NCBI GenBank assembly: GCA_002633005.1
Contig: NMRA01000003.1
Span: 728,696-792,695, forward strand
From: Phoronis australis
Lineage: Eukaryota > Animalia > Phoronida
DNA: 64,000 nucleotides
Reading direction: 5' to 3'
Made by a program: the position numbers and the translations under genes. Each line of letters opens with the position of its first letter. The stretch's first letter is position 1. Shown one piece after another: positions 48,591-62,600 of this stretch. The notes below the pieces were generated by a model. The model was given only the letters and a program-made list of their open reading frames with translations, was not told where the DNA came from and searched no databases.

Positions 48591-50574
48591 GATTTGTGTT
48601 GGTTACCGCGTTAAGAGTGACTCCATGGAAAACTCACGGGGAGCTCAAAAATCACTATATACGAAAAAGTCGAACAGGGGTTGTACTTTGAACATGTGTA
48701 GGGATGATGTCTCATAATTCATAATTTGCAAGTTATTTCATTGGGCTCTAAAGGAATATTTTGGATTTTTCATGTCAAATAATTTGTATTTTTTGCAAAT
48801 GAAAACGTCATAATTTAAAAAATAGTTACAAATTTTGACATTGGTGATCATGAATGTCCATATTAGGTTAATCAAGATGTTTACAGCTAACAGATACAAT
48901 ATTATTATATTTCCAAAAGAAGAGATACCATGGAGGGCACTTTTTACTCCGATGGAAAGGAACAAGTTGCTGTAAAGTTTATGTACTATATCGAGATGTA
49001 TTTGAACTTTAAATATTTTTTGTAGACTATTCTAAGAATAGAAGTAAAGAATATCCTTTTAAAAATCTTGTCTCTCATACTTTTATTGCTAAACTTTGTC
49101 CTCGATCTAGGGCATTTTATGAGCTGACTGACCTCACCTAACTTGCAACAGGATTGAAGGTATTTTTAGAATTAACAAGATTTTGCTATTTTTTGTGCTC
49201 AACCATCACCAGAAAATAAAATAGAAACTTTTTAAGGCTGATTATTGCTGTGATTTTCGTGAATTTCCTTTTTCTGTTTAACTAATTATCTACTAGCCAC
49301 ACAAGATTGCTTACATTTCCTATCACAGCAAAACAGTGTAGTTGCATATTTACGGAAATTGCATTCGTTTTAGTCGTAAATGATGTGATCAGTCATGTGT
49401 GAAGTAACACAGAATTTCGGAAAAAACAGCAGAATTCCCGTTAATACTGACAGTTGGTGACAGCAACGCGGAAGGGAGTTAGCACAACCCTTAGGCTACG
49501 ATAGGGTATTAGATGCACTACAATTGTAATCATAGTTCAGAAAAGCACAAAGCACAAAAATGCATGAAAATATGCATTACCGCGTGTGTCACAAAGCGGG
49601 AAATTATAATGCTGTGGCGGGAAAGCTAGACGAAACTTTCAAATCGGTACTGGTCCAGCCAAACGCGAGACTGTTGCAAACTACGATGAATCGTGTTGAT
49701 ATGAGTTAGGATTTGGTTTCAGTCAAACAAATGGCAAAGTCAGAACCCCTCTATGTGCAGAACTCACAGACAGAGGCAGAAGGTGAACCGGGCGTTGACT
49801 TGCACAGTGAATCAAAAATGGCTCGAATTTGAAATGTTCCCAAAATCGAGGTAGACGATACCACTGCAGCCTATGAATTTGTCTCTAAAACCAGTTTAAA
49901 TAATTAGAGAACTACCTGCAGAAGCAAATACATGTTATAGACACCGTGTTTTATTTATCTTTCTTTTTATCGTCTGCACCCCAAATCACTTATACAAGCG
50001 GCTAATCTGCATTCTCATCAGAAGCCTTATTAGTTACCGTATGCCGAACCGCACAAAGTGATGTCTCCTGAAAGACCTAGTTGCATGTGATTTCAACGGT
50101 ACCTACAAAGTGATTCTAAATAATTCCGGAGAGAAAAAAATCATAAAAACCCGCACATGTCACAATCTGGAGCCTAATTATTCTCAGTGATTTTAGATCT
50201 GCAGCTAAGTCGGAAGTGAGCTTCATTCAGGAACGATTCAATAAGAAGCCTCTAATCGGCGACTGAACCAAGCGTGTTTAACAAGGAGTAATTAACTTGG
50301 GTAAACAGTAAACATAACAACAAGCATTCGTGGTCAGAATACTTAAGTAAAATTGCTTTACAGTAAGGACGTTATAAAACTGTCGACAAAAATATTGAAA
50401 ATTCGACAATGAAAAACTAACTCGACGGACACCAGCCTCAGTCGACGGCAAAGTTAGGCCAAGATTGCCCCGGGCGAAGACCGACGGGTTGTTTTAGCAG
50501 GCAAAAATAACCCATTGGTGCCGATATTAGTGGCATTTTTCAAATTCAATGTTTCAACCCATGAATTGAAAAAA

Positions 50575-50806
50575 TGTAGTAGCAGCCTTTGTTTAGCCCG
50601 CATTATTTACTCGAGGTCGTGGGTTGGAGTCCCACTGGGTCACACTGCTAAATCCTTGAGTCAGGTTTCTAGCTCCTCAACTCGGTTTTAACTATATATT
50701 AATAAAGCATAAAATGGTTCCAGGTGACCAGTGCAATGGGCCCACATGCCCGGCCTGCGCACTTCTGGTATAATGTGTATCAAACCGCCTGTAATTATTA
50801 TTATTG
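50575..50806 (+). repeat. Degenerate tRNA-derived SINE
   Basis: B-box-like gtgggttggagtcccac, tccttgag core-like motif, (tta)n tail. Confidence 0.45.
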
Positions 50807-52329
50807 TTTAGCCAAATGAAACCCCCAACCAAGAACTTGCAACAGCCTGGGATGGCCAGGTGACCGCATAAAAGGAGTTTTAGGAATCAGCAACAGTTGT
50901 CAGTCATCTCAAAGCTGATACCGCTCATGCAACAGCACTCATGAATGATGCTGCTGGACAGTCACAGACATAATGCAGCTTTACTGCTTAAGTAAACCAG
51001 AACGAGTATTTTTTCCTTCGGGAATTGATGGAAGGTAGGCTTTGTTAATGGCAAAACATGAAAACATGAAAGTAATCAAGAATAGAAAGCACCTTTGTTT
51101 GTTTACCCTCAATGTTGTGAGCCTCACTTGTGACACCAGTCTTATAAGGTGTCCTGGATTACACAGCCCTAAAACTCTCTTTTGTCTTTCAGGTATAAGG
51201 TAGCGTGTTGTTTCCACCGGCATTGTCTTGGAATACCAGACACATTTTCACAGGTGCTGTTGGAAACCGTCGAAGAATATGGCCGTGGATATATTCCCGA
51301 TTTCAACTGTTTAAAAAGTAATGGGAATAAAAAGGAATATTTCAGAAAGAGATGGTATTCGATTCAAAACCCGACGAACTTGCTTTATCCGTTCGCACAG
51401 AAATACTACTTCGTTGATATTGAAAGGACGAATTGATTAATACAACCGAAAAAACTTACAAAGAATATAACAATAAGGATCATGTGGAGCTCCAATGGCA
51501 CGAAAACGAGGCTACAAAAGGGCGACGGATATTGAAGCATTGTGGGTAAATACACTGAATTCGAATGTCGCTGTGTAATCCGGGAAGACTCTCTTGATTA
51601 AGCCACACACCCGGATTATGATTTCCCAGGGCCCTAGGCAACCAGGTGTTTACAGGGGACTGCTAAATAAATTTGAGCTGCCCCCATTTTTCATCCTTAC
51701 CCTGATTAACACGGTATTAATTCCCCTGGACACCTCTATTTTCGACTCTCCTCCGGGATGCCACAATTCTCGAACAACTCCCCCATCACCATAAAAGTAT
51801 TTTTTTAACTTTACCTTTAACAAAACAATTCCGCTTTTTGACGAAAACATTTTTTATGCGAACATTAAATTTCAAAGACGCGTAAGTGGAAAGTGCCTGA
51901 TATTCCACTTACCTTGTCCGTTTCCAGCAAGGTGTCGAGTAAGTTTATTTACGCGGCTACTGGGTTGACTACCTATTATTCAAAAGTATTCAAAGTGTTG
52001 TCCATTGCAAAATCACTTGTTTACTACTATTCCATTGCAAGGTCGAAAAATGTGCCTTGGTTGGCTCAAACGCCAACAAATAGATCTGGGCATTTTCCTC
52101 TTTTAGTATTTGGTTATTCTATTAATCTACCTGTAATAAATGCACACAGTAACGTCACAGATAAAGTGGTATCCCGTGACGAAAGCATGGAAATAGTTTC
52201 ATGAAAAAAAATTGATTTTAGGGGGGTTGGGCACTGCTCTCTTCTTTCTGAAATGTTTTCATTTATCCGAGACAACGCAATAGATGTCATCAATGGGTCA
52301 CTTTCTGCAGTTTATTCAGTATTCAAAGC

Positions 52330-53949
52330 TTATTTCAGTTTCATTGGCGGGTACCAGGATTCTGAGCCTGACTGTGAGCAACACACGAAACAAGCAGATG
52401 TAGATAAAATTGAAATGTTCTTGACAAACAACGTAAATATGAATAAATTTGTATTGTTCCGAAGCTGGGGACTAGTTGAGAATATCCTTCGAGATGATCT
52501 AGGTAAGGTGTACTGGCTATCAATATACACATGGTTTTGACTTGGCGAAATGAAATTTATTCAAGTATGTTACTTTGTCGTGAATTTTGTGTTTGTTATC
52601 ATCTTGCAGGTAGCATTTTTCGTCTGGAACTGTATCTCAGCGGTCATTTGAGGAATTCTTCTGAAATCATGTGTAGTTAGGGCTCAATAAGAACTATCTC
52701 AAGTATGCACAGTTATTTCCAATACGACATACTGCTCTTAACTTATTCGAGATTTTCCGAAGACTTCTCTTTCATTGATTGATTTGTCGTGCTGCATCTC
52801 CGGCGTTCCTTGACAGACCTGTTGTACGTCCGCTGCACGTGACATTTTTCGAAATTAAAGTTACACTGTCATGCATGTTTCTTCGATATTTTCATCTTCA
52901 TGACCATAGTCGTCACCAATACCGCCAGTTTCGTTGTCACTGCCAGTTGTAAGAGTGAAGAGTTACATTTCAAGATTGCCATTTGTGTTCTTGACGGTGT
53001 CAGGGACGAGAGGAAGTTATACGGAAACGCCGGTTTCGCCGCACATGTATGAGTATTTGACGTTTCCTGTAATCCCGAAAAATCAATGTTTGGGACTAAA
53101 AAGGTACAAAAATCCTGCAAAAAATTGTTTAGAGTAGAATTTTTAAATCTTTGAGCCATCAGTTGAGAACCAATTTTTAAAGACCAGATGGGAAGCTGTG
53201 GTTTGCAACAGCAGCACCTTTGGGATGGGCGTCGTCATTGTTATCGACGTCTTGAATCCTGAAACGGTCAGCTGTTGGTGTGAGCACCAGATGCACTCTC
53301 GTCTCATTAGTGGGGTTCTATTCGTTTGCACGGCAGTACCGGCGTCATTGTTGTCTTCATCATTGATGACGTGAGTTGCAACACCATCAATTATCTGTGT
53401 TGGGTTTAGCATTGTTCTCGGCTCGCCGATGTTGTCCAAGCGTTGATGACATCGTCGGTAGTAGCTTCATGGTCTTTATCATCTTCGGTGCAGGCGCCGT
53501 CGTTGTCACCGGTAGCGATCTCCTTGTCATTGACAGTCTTGTCTCTTCGTAGTCGCATCAGCGTCTGTGTCTGTTGCTGACGGAATCATTAACGTTGTTG
53601 TCAATGCCAGCGCCAGCGGTGTCTTGGTTGTCCTTGGTGTCATGGGCGACTTCGTTGTATTCGTTGTTATTCTCGTTTCTTTGTAGACCTCAATTCTAAG
53701 TTCTTCATTCGATTTCTCCAAGTTTCGCTCCTCAGAGTGTTTTCATCTGTCTGCCTGTTTGTTTGTCCGTCCGTCGGCCCGTCTGCCTCTTCTTACGCTG
53801 ACGAGCAGTGGAACAGACGAATCGTAATTTTTATGACGTACAGTATGCAGGTAACACTCGTTTATGTTCTCCATTTCCTGGAACTCCTCAAGAGACTGCA
53901 GAGTGGGCATGAGCTGTACGAACATTTCGTGAGTACTTTCACCTGGCAA
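52330..53949 (-). pseudogene. Decayed coding-like region rich in Asp/Thr/Asn, family unknown
   Basis: Successive minus-strand ORF pieces separated by single stops or frameshifts, with recurrent GAC/ACN/AAC codons (e.g. DKTVNDKEIATGDNDGACTEDDKDHEATTDD). Confidence 0.35.
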
Positions 53950-55785
53950 TTTAATTATTTTCTTCTCGTATGACTAAACAGAGTATTTTTAATTTATTTT
54001 TTTAGAAACTTCCCAGGTTTTAAGTTGCACATTTTCTCTAAAAACAAAGTTTAAGTGGATTAAACTGTCGCATGTGTTGAGCATTAGAGGGCACTGTGAA
54101 CAACAATTAGCCAATAACAAACTGATATGTCTAGTACCCGTGGCAAATACAGGTTATGGATCTACCACTGTCACCAGAGTAAGATATAATTGGAAGATAG
54201 ACAAACGCTTTAAACCAAATTCCGAAGTTTTTTATTTTAAAGCTGATCATGCAAAGGCAGACAATTTGTAGGCATAACAGGCGTCAGGGTATTTTAGCAG
54301 TGTTTCCTGGAATTTGGAAAAAATCGTATTGCTGAGGATTTTATCAATTTAGCGCACATGTTACCTAGAATTACAAAAATGTGTATATTATTTGCTGTTT
54401 ATTTTAATTAAAACTAATGAAAAAGGGGATAATAAGAGAATATACTTTTGTATTAGACAGCTAGACTAGACAAAAATCGTGTGTCGCAAGCTGGTTTTCG
54501 GAAATGAAAAGGAGACCAAAGGTTGGCGAAAATAGGCCATTTATTAAGACTAGAATAGCGAATGTAAGAGAATGGATAAACATAGTGAAATGATACTGAC
54601 CTCTGGAAAGATGGGCAATAAAAAACGGCAACAAGAGATGTTGAAAACAGCTCATACTCGTTTTTTTTAAATAATCTAGTCTGCGTTAAAATCAGTACAA
54701 TTGAATTTTAAGCTAGTTTGCGTTAAAATTCATTTTACACTGATTTGAACGAAGATGAAGCAGTGTAGTTTTACATTGTTTTTGGCAAGTTACATGAAAA
54801 AGCGCAACTTTAAAAGCGGAAGCTTTTCACATTTGAAAAGTATACCCATGAAGGATGTGGAAAACTTTAAAACAAAATTGAAAAAGGGAATTACTCACGA
54901 AGCCTTTTGTAAAGGTCCTACAGCTCAGCATCCACTGGACTATACTCAGCTCTGTTTAAGGGTTGGTTTATCGACTAGGGATATCCACTGACTATGAACA
55001 GATAGCACTGAGAAATGCATTTTTTCATGGTCACAGATTCGCTCTCTGTTTGCTTCCTGTGGTACAGAATTTGTGTGACGATTTGTACCATGTCCTTTAA
55101 TAAAGGTGCATTTCACAGTCGATGGTGAGTCAACGCTGAAAACTATTAACAGAAGCTCTTCAGGGTTTGAAAACACTACCACACTCACCTCATCTTGAAT
55201 CAGTAGTTGCCAAAAGTAGCCGTCGAATCTAATCGCGAGCAATGCCTAAATTTTCGAATTCGCAATTTTGTGACTGGCCAATGTACCCCAATAAACTCTG
55301 AAGAGCTTTATTGAGTCGCTACTGGTTTCGGTGTTCTTGTTGTTAATGGATATTGAGTCGGAATGAGTTCTATCACCGGTTTATTGAGGGACCGATTTCA
55401 CGGCATATTTCATTTTTCGTTTTTAGCAGCTGGACTCGGAGGAAATGGAGTTTTAAATGACTCGATTGTAATCACAGATAAAACAGATCAACAATGAACA
55501 AGTAAACCGGTCTTTTAGCTTACCCGGACCAAAAGTAGTTGGCAGAGAGTTGTTCATTGTAGCTTTGCTTGTTTGGGAACAGGTGCTGATTAATAAAAAA
55601 ATTCCCAGGGCGCATGCTCCTGTGAAACTAGCCAGGAGGAAGTTACAGAAATTTCCAATATTGCTGTGATTTTTACCTAATCGTCATACTGCAGGGAGCA
55701 TGTTATTGTTATTATTATACATCATGGTCAATTTGATTTCACAGATTTCGGTTTCATCACCCCGAAGTTCCTCTGTGCAACGCTT

Positions 55786-56682
55786 ATGGATATCATAAAC
55801 AGGAAGCGAGAAGAAATTGCCCGTATGTACATCTGGCAGGCGACAAATTTTGCGTACAGACTATGTTTTCAATACAATTTAGACGATACGTTGCTGGTGC
55901 GTACCATTTTGAAGGAGTCGTATTGGATTCTTGGTTGCATTGATCGAGATTTAATTTTACCTCGCAACGCTGGAAGTTTTATTGGGATATTAAATATACA
56001 TAAGGTGCATCAACGGGAGGCATTTACGAACCAACTATTATATTTACTACGACAGACGGCAGGACTCCGAATTGACGTGCATTCGGCAGAATGCAATCTT
56101 TCACCTATGATGTTTGGTGACAGGCGCCATCTATTGTACATCGATCTTAATGTATCTTTACACAAAATTACCCATGATAGCTTGTACACGTTAGATTACC
56201 AATCGACCAATTTGCCTTACGGAACCGGATGTGCATCGTTGTTGTATTTGGTCTGCCTTTATCACACGGACAGTGCTGTACTGTTATTGCTACGTTACGG
56301 TGCGCGTGCGCGGAGAGCGTGTGTGGAACTTTTGTTGACACGTTTGACAAATGTTTTGAAACAGGGTTTCACAACAGAAAAGGCGAACGTAAGAAGAATT
56401 ATTCACAGCCTAAAGTATTGTTTTCGCGCCAGTAAGGGGCTTCACATTCAATCGCGTCATGTGAGGTGGGGTGAAAGAAGGCTTATTAGACCGCTCAGTG
56501 CTGTGCTGCGTGGGATTGTTCCAGAAGACAGGTACAACACGCCTGCTTCTTTGAAACATCTTTGTCGATGTAATGTCAGAAGTGAAATTCTCGCTTGTGG
56601 AGGTGTTCTACCGAATGATTTGTACACACTTCGAGACATTCCGCAGGCTTTGTACAATTATTTAGACTTAAGAGAAGATTAG
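55786..56682 (+). CDS. Ankyrin repeat and SOCS box protein 17-like (SOCS-box E3 ligase adaptor), 298 aa
   Basis: Uninterrupted 897-nt ORF; degenerate ankyrin-like SLLYLVCLYHTDSAVLLLLRYGA; C-terminal SOCS box PASLKHLCRCNVRSEI...LPNDLYTLRDIPQALYNYLDL. An acceptor at 55744 with an open frame to the ATG may extend the N-terminus. Confidence 0.8.
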   Translation: MDIINRKREEIARMYIWQATNFAYRLCFQYNLDDTLLVRTILKESYWILGCIDRDLILPRNAGSFIGILNIHKVHQREAFTNQLLYLLRQTAGLRIDVHSAECNLSPMMFGDRRHLLYIDLNVSLHKITHDSLYTLDYQSTNLPYGTGCASLLYLVCLYHTDSAVLLLLRYGARARRACVELLLTRLTNVLKQGFTTEKANVRRIIHSLKYCFRASKGLHIQSRHVRWGERRLIRPLSAVLRGIVPEDRYNTPASLKHLCRCNVRSEILACGGVLPNDLYTLRDIPQALYNYLDLRED

Positions 56683-59600
56683 AAGGAACAAGATTTAAAC
56701 ACATTAAACTTTAAAATATAAAACATTGTTAACGAAAAAATAGAATAAGCGGTCATTATAGAAACAGCCATTCTAACAGAAAGGGGTAAGCACCTCTTCC
56801 ACTCTGGATAGGCGGCACATGTAGCGCGATGGGTTGTAACCGTTCCCCTCTCCCGATAGGCGGCAGCACTAGTATTCTGGTGGGTGACCTCTCGCATCAT
56901 TCCATGTTGGCATTTAGACTAGCACTTAGGGACTAAGACCACGGTACCAGTGACTGATTTTGACCTTATCATTGGTCTGGGTTAATCAGAGCTCTTGTTT
57001 GCAAAGCTGTCTCGGACACATGAAAAAAGGCACAACTGACACTCTATGGGGTTTCTCAAAAAACGAAGAAATTCAACAAAAAGCTTGTCGTTTTACCTTG
57101 CTATAGCCACCGTGAAAAAAAATACGAATGCCAAAAATGACCACAAAAGTGTGATTTTTGCCATGTTTTAATTCACAAATTCACAACGGTTCTCAGGTGC
57201 TAGAAAAATAGACCATCATCAGAATACTCTTTTACTCTAAATTCCAGACACTTACTATAGGTTAATATATATCATTACCAACCAGATTCTTTACAATTAT
57301 CAGTTGTCTGAAGGGTACCTGTATTCGCATCAAGCAATCAAGAATCAACAAGGATGTGCTCTCAAAATGGCGGCACTTCTGATGCGTATCCTAGTAGACT
57401 CAGGCCAGATTCCTGGACATTTTCAGGGAACTACTGAATACAATTTGTGGCGTTCACTTCCTATCCTATTTAGTCTACAAAACTGCCGTCAAACCCGACC
57501 CACCCCATCTTATTCATGTTTGGGGAGCTACAAGGGCCTTCATCGCTGTCGCCGTTTTTATTTAGTTCTACGTTGCTGTCCGCTTAGTTAGAAACTGCCC
57601 ACACCTTTATGAGCACGCTCTCCCTGTACACTACTGAATGAATGCTTAGACTGACTTGTTTTATGTATTCCCTACACCCATTTTAAATGCGAAAATAATG
57701 ACATCTATCGGGCTAGTAATCTCACATGACTTTCCACATAAGTAAGTCAACTGTCTGGATCTTAGGAATTTGACTGTATTTCCGGCTGGCACAAGGAAGT
57801 CGACAGAACGTACGAAACGAGGCTAGTTGGCAAGCTGAATCCAGACGTCATTTTGCAGAAAAACGTTGGAGGCCGAAATGAGACTGGTTCACAAGCTGGA
57901 CCCAGATGTCATATTGCAGACAATAAGAATGGATACTGACTAAAGATAATCTTTTCGCACTGACCGAGGGATTTCGACATAGTCGACTTTGGCAAAGTAG
58001 GATCCCCGCGATTGGATAGCGTATATTTATTGTAGAATCATACCTATTCGGGTTCTTTGAGTTCCAAAACGAAAATAGTTTAACTTCGAAACATCCATGA
58101 TCTCTAGGGACGTAACTTATGGAGGTGTCGAGGGGTGGGCGTCAGAGGTGTCGGTGACACCGCCAATACTTTTTGATTCGGTTGGGCAAAGAGTGAAAAA
58201 GTTGGGCAAGAATGTTCTTCATTCAAATAAGTATTCCAAATTCGAAAAAAGTGATTACATGTGGGCTTTTTACATGTTTGGGATGAATTTTCACTGGTCA
58301 TTCATTTTTCCTTAAAAATATTTTTTTCTTGTGATTTTCTGCTTTTAAAAATGAAAGAGGTGCTGTGGTAGATTATTTCAGGGTCACTACAGCGGTAACT
58401 TATCGTATCCTGCCGCACTCAAAGGCTTTTTTACTAATTCGAACTTGTTTCAGCAGTTACGCTCTGAATGTTCACGAAGCAGGGTTGTCTCTTAGAAAAC
58501 AGAAAACAATGAAATCTTTAATGAAACCAGTTTTAAGTCAATGGATGACATGATTACTTTTTTGGGGTGAGCTCTTTTAAGAAATAAACATGTCAAACTG
58601 ACCAAAAATCCTGTGGAAAAGGTAACATTCCCAAAAAATCGAATGCGTCTGCTGCACCTCCTCGACCAATCAGAACACGCAAAGTTTAATTTAAAGCGTT
58701 TCAGGAAGTTGTACAAATTACATTCGACACCCCCACCACAAAACTAAAAGTCACAGTTTTGCACCTGATGGTGTCTCACAAACAGCCCACTGGTTTGGGT
58801 AAGTCTTTTTGGGAGAGATGGAGGCTATCGTTTGAAAAATGCCCTTTGAATTTCCCTCGCAGTAAACTCTCGCACCAAGATGTAGTCTCAGTATGACTAT
58901 AATCTGAAGAAATTAGGATCGCCTCAATTCATGAATCTGAACCTGCGAAAAATGTCTCTTTCAGTTCTACTGAAAAAGGAAGCGAAGCTCCGAAAACACG
59001 CAAAATTGAAAGTTTTCAACCTCAAACCACGGTCACTTCCCTGCGTGCACACTAGTGTGGTAGAGAACATGGAAGAGTAAATAAACTCATTTTTATATTG
59101 CGTTCTATGACGACCACATAAGAAAATGCATGTTTCTCTTAAAGTAACGAGTATACGGGGAAAATGGCGCTTGATAAGAAATTTGTGCCGCCAGTACATA
59201 AATGCTGAGAGGTTACTTGGACAGAGAAACTATCTGGACCAGGGATCTACTGGAGATCGAACTCAATTTTTTTGACATTTTCCATTTTATTTTTTAGTTT
59301 ATTCAAGATGAATCTATAATTATGTCTCGGGTACGTTATGGTTTATGCTCATGACTTTCTAGTGTAAGTTCGCACTTGAAAATCCCTAGATTCAAGCTAC
59401 CAACTCAAGTAAAAAACTCGTAATCTCGAGTAAAACCACAAAATCATTTCAGACTCGAGTTTTAGCCTAATATTTGGCTCGCCAAGCGAAAAACTAGGGT
59501 TTGACAGATATTGGCGTAAAACATTATATACTCTTGTATGTCTTTATCTTGATCTCACACAAAGTAGAGCAGAAAATGCCACAAATAAGTTCAATTTCGA

Positions 59601-62600
59601 GTAAAAAGATTTGACCCCGGACCTAGATTAGTGAAAGAGTTGGCCTTTCATTCCTCGGATCTCGGCTTCTCTGGTCGAACTATGCTGATTGGTGACAGCA
59701 ACAACTTGCGATGATTGCGATACCAAAGCTTTAATTGAAATAATAAACAGGCTTGTTTTGTCGTTGTATCGACTAATTAAAGCCTAAGTACTGAACCTGA
59801 ATTGGACCTTGTGAAAACGCCGGCCGACCTTGCAAAGTACCTGATTTTTACCGAAAACATTCGGCATCTTACTTTGTGCTTCTAAACTGAGCATGCAAGC
59901 TGGTTCACATGAAGAAAAATGGGTTTGTGACAATATATGTTGAGAATGGTAAGGTGACAACCTTTTGACATTCCAGATGATATCTTTTATAAAATATTGG
60001 TTAGAACTGTCCTCCCTCTACCGTCTACTTTACACCTGGGAAACCTACGTTGATTTGTTTACTCTACCAAATTAAATATTCAAGATGGTGGACGAAACTT
60101 TGGACTCGTTTATTCAACATTAATCTTCACAGGCTGCCACTCTGCAAGTGCACGTGAGTACGGTCCTGTGATTACTCGTAACCCACTTTCACTTGTGTGA
60201 TTTTTATTGGCCTTACGCGTGTACCTGTTTTTCTCGCAAGAAGCTTGCACTACCGTGAGACTGCCCCCCGTTGACTTGGTCCGAATCAACCAAAAGTCTT
60301 ACAACCACTTCCACTTTTATACAACCTCTTAATTGAATATACCGGCAATGTAAATTACAGAATTGGATGTGAATTTCAACGAGTAAAATTCATTACAAAA
60401 AATGAACATCTAATTGAGGTCGCGGTAATGGTGGGATAGAACGTGCCCGAATTTTGAGAACCAGTTTTCTCCATTAAATAACGGGCATCAAACTGGTTCG
60501 CAAAAGTTGGCATGTTGTATCCGCCTATTGCCGAGTTCACAACAGTTTTCTAGTGATTAATTTAAAGGATTTCACCGCAAAACTATTTTGTATAACATCT
60601 TGTTTCAGCCAATTCCTAAAACACTACCACGACAAGCCTGCTTCAGTTAATTGATAATCTCGTATCCCAAAATTCTACGGACAACAGAATGGCGTATTCA
60701 TACCTTATCTTTTGCTTATTTAAAGAAAATATGCTAAGAGTTTGCGAAAAATAACAGTAAATCATTCCTATTCAAGACGGAATTAACAATACACATTTGC
60801 CGTTTGCCAAGACACGCTCATATTTGACCGACTGAGGTAATTACACTGTTATTTTGAAATCCAGCAAATTATCAATTTATTCGACAATAAAATTTCGCTC
60901 TGTATTTATAAACATATACGATGCTCGTTAGAAAAAAGTGAACAGATTTGGTCGATAACAAGCTGACGGACTAACAATAAAATCCTTGTTAACTATGACA
61001 AGACGCAATTAATCTTATATCATTGTTATGTTAATTATGCGCGCGCGGCGTTACGCACCTAAAGCGACTATCAAATAACATACAAATTACCACTGCTCAT
61101 CCAAACGGTTTATCAAGGGCTAATAAAAGTAAGTTGAAGTTTTGCCCAACCTGTTAAATTATAATCAAATCCTAATTGAGGCAGGAGACGTTTCAATTGG
61201 CTGTGGACGATTGATGTTTGTATTTGAGATAATCCGATTTACACTTCCTTTAGGTAGGATTTCAGGCCTATTGAGTATTTTTGTCTTCCCTTAACGAAAA
61301 ATTAATATGACACGCATAATTCAAATGAATGTAAAAAGTATACATGTATCTTTTTGGTGTAATTATCATTTCGTCACAGAAGCACACGCGTGCTTTTAGT
61401 TGTTTTGTTATTACGAATGTTGGTGTTATTGTTGTTGTTCTTGTTCTTGTCAAGCCTTATAATTAAACAGTCAGATAAAGTTGTAGGTTGTGAGTGAGAT
61501 TACGCCTTCGCTATTTCGTTATAATTGCCATAAACATTCACAACTGTTCATACGAGTACATTATAAATTGTCGTGGTCAGTCATTAAAATTCAAAAGTTT
61601 TATTTCACAAGTGATTCACGTAAATAACTTATTAACTTTCGACATATGCGTTCACGTTAGCTAATAAAATTGATGACATTTTAACAAAAGGTTAACTTTA
61701 GGAAGCATAAACACCCAATAAGTTCATGAAGCTTCGTGACACTGCATTCACCCAACCTTCTGTTGTACGTTAGCGTTGATGAATGATAAGAGCATATGGG
61801 ATATTAAATTTGACAAATCTCTTTTATAAAGTGTGTAAACGGTCATTATTTCCCAATACAGATCTTCCTCGCCGTTACTGAGTGATCTTGTTGGCTGGGT
61901 AGCAGATGTGTACTAGTCCTGTTGAGATTTCCTTGGCCACATTGGGATTATACAGATTGACACACGAGGGCGCTAAAGTTGATCTCTGAAAACAAACGAA
62001 CGTACACGTTTCAATAAAACAAAAATGTGAAAATTCAGATCAATAATATTTCAACAAAAATGAAATGGTAATAAAAGCGTACTTTTTACATTATTTACAC
62101 ACAGCAGTGGCAGATCTACGGGGGTCAGGTGGTTTAACGAACCCTCCGGGGATACAACCAAAAAGAGAAAAAATCGCCCCAAACACAAAACGGCACCGCC
62201 TACGTAAGTAAACCCCTTATCGGCAAACTCATAGGAGAAAATTTCTGAATAAAAACTGAAAACATCTAACAATAACAATGTTCGCCAATACACAAGATTT
62301 GCTGAACTCAAGCTAGGGCAGCAATGGAATCGTTTTGCAAAATCATATATTCCTGTCTCTTTTTATATCTGAATATCTCTATGAATTAAATCCGCGAGGA
62401 CTCATCAAAATTAGCATAACGGAACATCAACTCAAACGAAATGATGACAACGAATTCGCATAAACGTTTTTGCATCGCTTCATAATGAAAAGCCGATCTA
62501 CCTCTGTGCATCGCCATAAGTATAGGCCATCTTAAAATGAGTGCTACCCATTGTTTTCTAGTTATACGACTTCTGGCTACGTTCATTATCTTAAGGTCTT

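Noticed and set aside
51182-52540. Plus-strand ORFs of 84-103 aa with some splice-like sites
   Set aside because: No recognisable motif and no consistent multi-exon model could be built
54755-55242. Short ORFs upstream of the SOCS-box gene
   Set aside because: No domain signal and no phase-compatible donor linking to the 55744 acceptor was found
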